From an uncultured virus (IMG/VR IMGVR_UViG_3300025127_000026) (Duplodnaviria > Heunggongvirae > Uroviricota > Caudoviricetes > Crassvirales), in the IMG/VR virus record IMGVR_UViG_3300025127_000026: a stretch of 64,000 nucleotides of DNA; one strand, 5' to 3'. Below the pieces are notes generated by a model. It was not told where the DNA came from. It was given only the letters and a program-made list of their open reading frames with translations, and made no database searches. A program made the position numbers and the translations under genes. This document shows, piece after piece, positions 9,092 to 19,200 of this stretch (the first letter of the stretch is position 1; each line of letters opens with the position of its first letter).

Positions 9092-9646
9092 ATGCAGATC
9101 AGATATAAAATATTCTACTTAGTATTATTAATATTGTTTAGTTGTAAAAAAATAACTAATGATTGGAATACTTTTATTATAAAAAAAGGACAACACAGAT
9201 CAACTCATGCTGTTGATTATAGTAAAGACAAGGTATTCAACTGGAATATTAAATTTGACTCTAGTGCTATCTATGAAACATTAGACAGCTTAAATCAACT
9301 AGATATAAATAAATTAATAGGTTGGAGTGACTGTGGAGAAGATCATGTAGAAGCTTCAATTAGATTTGGTTGGCGATGGATTGATGATAGTTTAGAAATA
9401 CATTGGTTTAAACATGAAAATGGAAACTTTAGTTTTGCTAAAATAACTAATGTTGATCTATGTAAACCTTATGATTATTATTTAAAAATACATGATTGGG
9501 ATTATGAAATGGCAGTTGACGGCGTTAAAGTATTTGTGCCAAGAAATTGCGTTACACACTGTAGGAAATATCAATTATTTCCTTACTTTGGAGGAGACGA
9601 AGCTGCTCCTCATGATATTAAAATCAAAATTAAGAAAAATGTGTGA
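9092..9646 (+). CDS. putative lipoprotein with beta-sandwich-like domain
   Basis: Signal peptide MQIRYKIFYLVLLILFS-C ends in a lipobox-like Cys. The remainder is aromatic and beta-rich, ending PYFGG. Confidence 0.6.
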   Translation: MQIRYKIFYLVLLILFSCKKITNDWNTFIIKKGQHRSTHAVDYSKDKVFNWNIKFDSSAIYETLDSLNQLDINKLIGWSDCGEDHVEASIRFGWRWIDDSLEIHWFKHENGNFSFAKITNVDLCKPYDYYLKIHDWDYEMAVDGVKVFVPRNCVTHCRKYQLFPYFGGDEAAPHDIKIKIKKNV

Positions 9647-9683
9647 ATTATGTGGAGGCTATTGCGGTAGCTGTTAAATAAAT

Positions 9684-9718
9684 AAAGGGTAATCGTTTAA
9701 TAACGTTTACCCTTTTTT
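9684..9718. terminator. intrinsic terminator, possibly bidirectional, at convergence of the two blocks
   Basis: AAAGGGTAA-TCGTT-TAAT-AACGT-TTACCCTTTTTT hairpin. Confidence 0.7.
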
Positions 9719-9801
9719 ATTTTTAAGTAGTGTCTCCAAAGAAATACTATGTAAGTACCTTCTAGAACTGTAGAAAGTAATACGGCTAAATATATATGCA
9801 T
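9697..9801 (-). CDS. 34-aa single-TM peptide (absent from ORF track)
   Basis: MHIYLAVLLSTVLEGTYIVFLWRHYLKIKKGKRY, preceded by TGTAAT-N9-ATG. Confidence 0.4.
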   Translation of the reverse strand: MHIYLAVLLSTVLEGTYIVFLWRHYLKIKKGKRY

Positions 9802-9817
9802 CCGCATACTATTACAT

Positions 9818-9845
9818 AAAAAAAGGGAGACTTACATCTCCCTTT
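9818..9845 (-). terminator. intrinsic terminator
   Basis: Minus strand reads AAAGGGAGA-TGTAAG-TCTCCC-TTTTTTT. Confidence 0.75.
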
Positions 9846-9879
9846 CTGGTTACAGGAACTTTGGGTATGGTGCCCATTA

Positions 9880-10152
9880 TTATTTGTTCCTTCTTCTAGT
9901 TCTTCTATTTTTCAACTTCGATCCCTTTTTCTTTTTACCACATCCCCATTTTCGTCTAGCAATATCATTAGGACAATCTCCGTTTTTATCTGGGTTTTTA
10001 CATTTTTTAATACCAGCAGATCTAGCACAATATGAACGTTTACGAGGACCACCCTCTGGTTGAGGTTTTTTTAAATTACTATCTGGATTTTCCGAATTAT
10101 GTTTATCTCTATCAGCTTGAGTCCAACTAGTTGCTAAATTATCCTTTGCCAT
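9880..10152 (-). CDS. small basic Cys-containing phage protein (DUF6321-like)
   Basis: RKRSYCARSAG...ARRKWGC motif. Confidence 0.6.
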   Translation of the reverse strand: MAKDNLATSWTQADRDKHNSENPDSNLKKPQPEGGPRKRSYCARSAGIKKCKNPDKNGDCPNDIARRKWGCGKKKKGSKLKNRRTRRRNK

Positions 10153-10295
10153 TACTTTTTCTTTTTAACTGGTCTACAAGCAGGTACCATTTTTTTGCCT
10201 TTCTTTTTCATAATAATTTTACCACTTTCATCTAAAGCAGTATAACCATCCCAACAAGGGTTTTTGTCTCTTTTTGTTCTTTTTTTTGTTGCCAT
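10152..10295 (-). CDS. 47-aa basic protein (absent from ORF track)
   Basis: MATKKRTKRDKNPCWDGY...KKMVPACRPVKKKK, TAATG-coupled on both sides. Confidence 0.7.
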   Translation of the reverse strand: MATKKRTKRDKNPCWDGYTALDESGKIIMKKKGKKMVPACRPVKKKK

Positions 10296-13200
10296 TATTT
10301 CTGTAATTCTAGTATTTTTCTAACTCTATCACCTTCATATTTTAAGGCTTTTATTTCATCGTCAGACAAACCAAGTGATCTAAGTGAATCTTTTTGTTCT
10401 GCCGCGGGTAATTCATATAGTTTTAATTCTTGAGCGTTACGTTTTTCAACAGGTACTCTATTGTTTTTAAAACTAGTATTTTCTGTAAAATTAACTTTAT
10501 TAGGTTTAGGTATAGTATCTGATTTTACTTTTTTAGGTGTAGATTTAACTTTAGGTTTAGGTTCTACCTCTATTGGTGTTATTGATTTAACATCTTTTAT
10601 TTCATCAGATTTAACATTAGGTATTTTAGAAGTATATGTTTTACCTGAACTTGCTTGAGCAGCTAGTATTGCTGTTACTCTTTGATCTTGTGTTTTTAAA
10701 CCTTTAATTTGCTCAGGCGTAAATCCATGTTGTCTTAATATATCTTCTTGTTCTGCTTTATTATATAAGCTTGGTTTTTCTATAGCTCTATAATAATGTT
10801 TAGCATCACTTTCTTTTTCTTCTCTTTTTTCTTGTTGTGATTTAGATTCAAGTTGCCACTCAGACCAACCAGCAAGCTCAAATAAACTTTTCCAAGTTTC
10901 TTGTTCTTCTGTCATTGCGTCTTTTACATTTATCATTTTCTGTAGTAATCTATCTAAAGGAAGATTAGTAATAGAAGCAGTAATCAAAGCTCCAGACATG
11001 TAAAGTGGATTTTCAATATTAAAATAATCTTTAGTTGCAGGTGAATCCATATTGTACTCATACGTGTTCATACCTCTAACAAACTTAGAAACTTTAACAT
11101 CCAATGGTGGAGCTATGTTTAAAGCTTCAAAAACAGACTTATAAAACTCAGGTCGAGGTTTTTCTTCATTAGTTGCGCGATCATATAAATCTAATCCTAC
11201 GTCTTTTATTGCTGACATTATAGACCCTGCAACACCCATACCTCTCATTAAACTAGTTAACATACCATTTAATGTAGCTATAGTTTTTTCATCTAAATCT
11301 TCTGGATCATCATTACCAATTGCAGCAAAAACAGCTTGTTGTAAAGCATTAAACATCATATTTTGTATTGCACCATAATATAATATTCTTGATATATTAC
11401 TTTTGTAATCTCCTCTACCATTAGTTAGATCAGATATTGCTTTACCTATTAATCTATTGTATTGCATAGGTGTATTAGCAAAAGCTAAAATAACTCTACC
11501 TAAACCACCAGCTTGCTCAGATGATATTTCCATAGCGTCTGATGACTGTTGAGCTTCTCTTGATAAAGAAGTCCACTCTTCATAAGCTTGAGCGGTTGCT
11601 TCTTCTTTATCCATTCCTTTACTTACTAAATCTTTAATTCTGTTTCTATAATAAGTAGCTCCACCTGAAGCAATAGCAAAGCTATCAGCGATCTGTGTTA
11701 TACTAAATCCTTTTCTTATTAATAGATTTAAAAACTCTTTAGCTTTATTTCCTTTTGAATTTTGTATATCAAATATTTCACTTTCTGATACATTTATTTT
11801 CATTCCACCTCTTCTATCAACTAAAAAGTCAGAATTAAATAAATTCATAAAGTCTTTCCAATACTGAGGTTGATTTGCAAATGCAGCAGCTGCTTTAGCT
11901 GGATTATTAAAACTCCAGTTTATATAGTTAGCCGCAGATAAAGTTTGTAATATACCTGATCTCATATTAAAGAACATTACCGCTCCAACAGAATTATTTA
12001 ACCAGTCATAAAATCTATTTTCTCTTTGAGTATTACCCATTCTTCTATTCCTACCTGACTTCATTCTACGCAACATATCTTCAAAAGATTGTCTATATTT
12101 AGAACCATAAGTCGATTCAATAGCGTTCATCAATTGACCATTAAATCTACTTCCGTTGTCTTTTCCAAATATTGTTTCTATATTTTGACTCCACTCAGCT
12201 AAAACTTTAGGTCTTTTAATTTTTGTAATACCTTGTAATAAATCATTTAACATAGTTCCAGCTCTCCAATTTGCTCCTGGATAGTAATAGTCATCTCCTT
12301 TATTAATTTTTATTAATTGAGAAGCCATTTTGTCTATAGCCATGTTAGAAGTACTTAATGCTCTAATTTTTTCCATTGTAGTTTTAGGAACTCCTTCTGC
12401 CACTATACCTTGTTTATCCCATGCTAATATTCTAATTGCATCTTCATAAGTATAACCTCCTAAACCAGGCACCGCATCATTTAATTTTTGTATAGGTTTT
12501 CCAGATCCTACAAAATTTTCTAAAGTGGCTTCAAAGTCAGCTAATAAAGTATTTTTAATAGCTGCTAATTCATTTAAAGCTCTTGTATATGGCCTAACTA
12601 AATTATCTTTTAAAAAATTCCAGTCATCATTACCCTCTTGGCCTTTACCTAAAAATTTATATAGTAAACCTGTAAAATTTTGAGTTGATGATCTTGCTAA
12701 TATGTTTTCTTTTATATCACTACCTTTTATTTCAGCTTTTATATCTGATATATTTTCTAACGCTTCCTTACTTAGTTTTTTATTTTTAGACGCGACCATA
12801 GTAAATAATCTGTCTGCTATTTTTTCTCCATCTAGAGCAAACCTTTCTTTAGCTTGCTGTACTTGAGATTTAACATCTACTACATTTAACACGTCTTGCA
12901 CAGCTTCAACATTCTGAGGAGCATCGTCGCTAAAGTAAAAATCATTAAAACCTTCACCAGCTTTTCCTACAAACCATTCTGCTTTTGCTTGTGGACTACT
13001 ATTTCCTAATCCAATTATGTTTCTAAGTGGAATATCAAAACCTTCTGACTTTAACCAAGCTTGTATAGCTTTAGCAGCTTCTGGAGCACGAGCAGTTAAT
13101 ATCATTATTTCTCTTTCACCTTCCGCCTCATACATTTTTCTAAACAAATCTAACATAGGACCCTTCTCAGGATCCACGACTCTATTAAAGTCACTAAAAT

Positions 13201-16200
13201 CAAACTCTCCACCAGCTTCTCTTATTCCATCTCCTAACGTTGCAAATCCTTCTGCTGTTAGTTCCCCAGTTGATCCATCAGGCATAGTATAAAATACTTT
13301 ACTATTTGTTTTAGCTAAAGTATCATCAAAATCAAATACCCTAAGTTTTCTTAATTCTGGCATTTTACTTCTAGCATTAATCAAAGCTGCATCTAATGTA
13401 GCCATTTTGCCTAATACTTCAGGTCCAGTTAAATCACCTTCCATTTCCATTACACCCGCATCTTCTACAGCATCATTGTTTGACTCCTTGGTTGCTTGAT
13501 CAGCTTCTATACTGTTTGTAACCGCTTCTTGTATTTCTTCGTCTGTAATTATATTTTTTTCAACTTCTTCTTGTACGTCAAGATTAGGATCTGAAACACT
13601 TACTTTATCTGGAGTTCTTGGTAAATTTGAAACTCTTATATAATCAGTAGCGTCTGTTGTACTAGTTTTATCATCTACTTTATCTGCTTCAACTTTTGTT
13701 GTGTGAGATTGATCGTACTTTCTTAATGCTAATTCGTTTTGATTTGAAAAAGATTCTAATATACCTTTTCTTTCTTGTTCACTTTTAGCATTTTGTAATT
13801 TAGCTGCAGTTTCTAAAGTACTAACACCTAAATCTGCAAAAAGATTAGAAGCTACATCTATATGTTCTCCTTTATAATTTAACTTTTTAGCTATAATTTC
13901 TTGTTGTTTTTCTACATCATTAGGAGCTTTTTCTTTAGCTTCTTTTTCAGCTTCATTATATCTTGGATGATTATAATTTACAACAAAATCTCCAGATTTT
14001 TTATCAGCAGCAGATAAAGCGTTTTTATATTTACCAGTATTAGGATTATAAAATGCAGCTTGAGGTCCTGCTAGAACTTCCATATTGGCTAATCTTGATA
14101 AAGCTCTTAAAGATTTAGTATTGTTGGTCATTGTTTCTAACCAGCGCAAAAACCCAGGTATTAAACTATTATCTTGTGCTATCGCTTGAGCAGACTTGTT
14201 TAAAATATAATCTATAGCTTTAATATTAGCTACATTTGCTTTTTGTAGTTGATCAAATATTCCACCTGGTTTTACTGTACCATCTTCATTTATTCCTAAA
14301 AGAGTTCTTTTACCTTTTATTAATTTACCATTTTCATCAGTAGTATCTTCAAGTGCTAGATCTTTATCTAAAATAGTTTCAGCTTTTGATAATATACCAG
14401 AAGTAGCGTTAATTAATCTTATATCTTCAGGAGTAAAATCTAATTCTTCATTCTCATTTAGCTTTGCTACAATAGCATTGATTTCATCTAATTCATTTTT
14501 ATATGGACCAAACTTTTCACCTTTACCTCTACTCTTATCTCCGCCGTCCAAGTATCCATACATGTAACTGAAAAAGTTAGAACCACCTAGAGCTTTAGCA
14601 ACTTTGCTATTTAGTCTAGCCATAACATCTTTAGCGTAGTTATGTATTTCCTGCATAGCTTCAGGAACACCTCTACCTAAACTTTGAGTTTGTGTTTCGT
14701 TTACTTTTCTAGCTTCTATTTTATAATTCTCAGGTATTTTAGCTTTTTCAATTAAATCTTTTATTTTCTTTTTATAACCTGTAGCTTTAGTTCTAAATAA
14801 CTGCTTTAACCTATCAAATATAGGAGCATATATACGTAGTAATTCTGGATCTAATAATTCTAACTCATCATCAAAAGCATCAATTTGTATTTGTGGATCT
14901 TTAGTAGCTTTATCGTAAGCTCTTTTTACCGCACCCATAATCTGCTTTCTAACAGTGTCAATGTCTTTAGCTGTTATACCTAAAGCAAATCTAGCCCTTG
15001 GGTCTCTATCTAACAAGTAACCTATTTCTTCTGCTAACACATCAGCTTGACCAAGTAATTGGTTACGCTCATTAAACATGTCCATTACATCTTGATCTGT
15101 TAACACTTCCATTGTAGCATCAAGACCTAATACTTTTGCTAACGTTTGAACTAGTTGTGTTTTCTTGGTGTATTTAGTTCCTTTTGCTCCAACACTTTTA
15201 GGATCTGTATGGTACTTTATCCATTTTTTTTTGTTATAAGGTTCTTTAGTATAAATAAAATTACCGGCGGTTTCTTTTGTTTTAGACTTTGATCTTGTAA
15301 TTTTACCTTCTGATTCAGCTTCTCTAGTACCTTCAACATTTAATCTATCACCTTTTACTATAAAGTCTTGAAAAGACTTATTCATAATACTTTGAGGCAT
15401 TATATCGTATATTTCCTCACCATAAGTATCTAGAAAAGCTTCAACTCCTCCCATGTCATCTATTAGCTTTCTAACAGCTTGTTCACCGTTTAATGCGTAA
15501 GCATCTTGTAAAGCTTTTTTAAGATCACCAGACTCTAACGTAGGTAATTTACCTCTGAATGTATCTTGTACAGATTTTTTTATATCTTCATAAACATCGC
15601 TACCAGGTATTAAACCTATAGCTTGCCTCATATTTATAAACTTAATAGGCGCAGCGTCTTTAATTAAAGCATCATCTTGAGTTACGGCTCCTTGATCAAG
15701 CAGACTTGGACCTTCTTCGTTGTCTCTTTTTTCTAAAGCATATTTTTTAACTAATGGATCTACTACTTGCTGCCATCTTTTTATAAGGTCACCTTGTAAC
15801 TTAAGGTGAAAAGGCATATCTTTAAATTTAGGACCACGCTTAAAAAAGTTATTGTATATATCAGAAAACTCTTTACTTCTTAATCCTTCTTCAATCTCTG
15901 ATCTTGGTACTGCAACTTTTATTTCTTCACCATCTTTAGTCACAAAAGTACCAATGTATTCGTTTCCTTTCATTTTAGAGTTAACAACCCATTGAACTAT
16001 AGGCTCTCTATTATCTTCTATAAGTTCATTTTCTGCTCTTCTCTTTGCACTTAATTTAGAATTAGGATCTTCTATTATAGCAACATTGTCCGCGTTTTTA
16101 GAAGTTCTTTTATCTCTTTTTTGTGCTTTACTTAAGCTTTCGTTTATGTCTTTTATACGATCTTGAGTTGCATCTATTTCTTTTTGATTTTTAGCTTTTC

Positions 16201-19200
16201 CATCTGCAACTAGGTCTTTGATACGATCTATTAATTTTTTCTTTTCATCTTTCATTGCGTCTAAAGAAAACCTTTCATTAACCTCTGCTTCTGACTCTAC
16301 TTCTGCTTCAGGCATAGCTTGATCAATTGGTTCAAGAATACTAGGTGGAGTTTTTCTTTTAGGTCTTCTACCTGGCGATCTTTTTACTTTTTTTGGTTTA
16401 TCAGGTAATACAGTTTTAGCGATCTCAGTAGCTTGCTCTACATCACCCTCAGCCATTAAATCTAGCAACTTCATTAACTCACCATCATTATCTAAATTTA
16501 ATTGTATTGAGTTATCAGTTTCAGCTCCAACAAAATTATTTATAGTTTGTTTTATTTTATCTAATATAGGCTTTTTAAATTCAGCTTTACGCTTTCGCAT
16601 AAAATCTCTTAAATTAGCTATTTGCTCATCAGCTACAGCAACAGGATCATCTGGAAACAAGTTCATATACTCGTCCATTTTATCTTCAAACTCTTTTTTA
16701 TCTTTTTTGCTTTTAAATACAATATCTCCATTTGCTATGGCTTTATCTATATCTGCAGCTATTTCTAATGTAATATCTTTACCTGCTATTTTTTCTAATT
16801 GTTCAGTAAAAAAGTGATCTGCTTCATGTTCAAAATCTAAAACTAGCACACCATCATTTTTATTAGCATTAATCAAAGCTACTTCTTTATTAAAGATCAT
16901 TGGTCCACCATCTTTAATAAACAACGCTGGTTGAGGTATTCCGTTTGCAAATATACTTGAACCATTTTCATTAGCTATAGCTTCTGCTTCTTCTGTTGTT
17001 TCAGCAACAACAACATTAACATCTTGCTCTTTCATTTTATTTAAAAACTCTTCAGCTTTAGTGTCAAATTCTTGAGCTTGTTCGCTTATAAACTCATCTT
17101 GTATATTACCTTCGTCGTCTGTTAATTTGTTAGTAAGATCAGTTATTTGTTCTTCAACATTCTCTAATTCTTTTTCTAACTCAACTTTTTTATTTTCTGG
17201 ATGTACTTTTTCTAATTCTTGCTCTAAAAAGTATTTATCTTTTTCTAGTTGAAACTGAGTTAATGATTCTTCTACGTCAAGCTCTAAGTCTACTTTTTGC
17301 ATAATGTCATGAATGGTTTTAACCTTTTCTTTAGACTTGTTAGCTAAATCTTGAGCTTCTTGAATTTTTTCTTTTTTCTCTTCTTTTGTTAAATCTTTTC
17401 TTTGTTTTATTTTTGATATTTTTTCTTGTAGCTCTTGATCAATCTGCTTCACAAAGTTATTTTTAACTTTTTCTATTTTTAGTAAAGCTACATTTTTAAA
17501 TTCATCTTTTAATTGATTGTAAGTTAAATCAGCAGCTTTTTTACTAGACATTATGTTAACCGACATCATACTGCCTTCTAATATACCTATTCCAGCTAAA
17601 GAAACTACGGCAACATCTTTTAGTCTAGCCATATGTTCTGCAGTCCCAAATTCAGTAGTACCATAAAGCTCAGTACCTATCTCTTGTACTTTATCATCCA
17701 TGGCTAGCTCTATAAACATGTTCATTTCCTCTTGCAAAACCTCATCAGCTACGTTAAAAGCTGTAGATGATGCACTTTTTATCAAGCCTCCATTTACCAT
17801 GTTTCTTATTTCTTGATCTATAAACTGTCTAAATGTTTGGCCTGGAGCTCTTTTCTTTATAGCTTTGTTAGTAAGTAAAACTGCTAGTTTAGGCATTACA
17901 CCTTTTCCAGCTATAAAGTCGATACCTATTTTATCCATAGAAGCTTCAATAACAGGTTTAACTAGCTCTATAACTAATAAATCTCCAGAATCTAAAGGAA
18001 ACTCTTTACCTGGATTTTTCTTTTTCCAATCTTCAATTAACTCATTAGTTTCAACAACACCATCTTGAACCAATCTAGCCATAATTGTTATAGGCATGTT
18101 CTCTGTTATAACTAGCTGTGCTAAAGCGCGTTTGTTTATTTTCCCAGTTTTATAAGCATCTATAATAATATTATTAGTTTCACCTACCATTCTTCTATTT
18201 GTAGGACTTGTAGCCCAATCAATTCCTTTTGCAAGTTTAGTTGCTCTTCCTGCTGCACTTAAACCTTTAGTACCTATAATATCCATAGTAATATCAATAA
18301 GTAAACCTACAGTTTTACCAGCAAAATGGTTTTCAATATCAATTTCAGCTAAATCAAAACGTTCTAAATCACCTCCTGGTTTAAATTTAGATCCTTCTAT
18401 TACTTTGTCAGTTTCTGTAGCGATATAATCACTTAGATTATGAACAGCGTCTGCATATTCCCTTAGAGCATTAGCAACAGAATTACCATCATCATCTACC
18501 GCGTCTATCATCGATGCTATAACTCTCGTACCCGCCTCATTTAATAATAGCACTAATTCACCCAAGCCAGGTATTATTTTTATAACGTTACCCATTACTC
18601 TATTAACGCCCCAAGCAATAGCTTGAGCCCAAGTGGTGTCTTTGTCTTTTAATGCTTGAAGTATTTGTTCATCAGCTTCTGCGGCATATTCCATTAATTG
18701 TGGTATTTGCGCTAAATTAAGATTAGCTAAATTATTTAAATAATCTAACTTTTCTTTTTCTTTTTTGTACTGATCGTGTAAATCTATTTTTTTAACATTA
18801 TTTTCTATTGCAACATCAGGCATAGCCATACCTCTAATAGTTGGAGAACTAGCTCCTTCTGATATAATAGAAGGAATACCTCCTGAGTCATCAAATCTAG
18901 TTGCTTTTGGAAATACTATTTGTAATTCAGAATTAGGTGATTTTAAAATTGTAGTTTCTATATCAACACCATCCATCATCATGTCAATACCTGAATCCCA
19001 ATTAGATTTATCTATAAAAATATCATTACCAGCTTTATCTTGATAGGTTATTGTATAGTCTGACAAAGACAAATTATTATAGTCTGTTAGTATTTGTTTA
19101 TAATTTTTTCTACTTATTTCTACTAAATCTATTCTGCCATTTATTTCTTCTTCTAGCTCTTTAGTTGGGTTTTTATTAAAATCTTCTTTTAAGCTGTTTA

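Noticed and set aside
13315..13340. DFDD as an RNA polymerase catalytic motif
   Set aside because: Context VFDFDDTL with downstream LTAR and SDD is a HAD signature, not DxDGD or DFDID.
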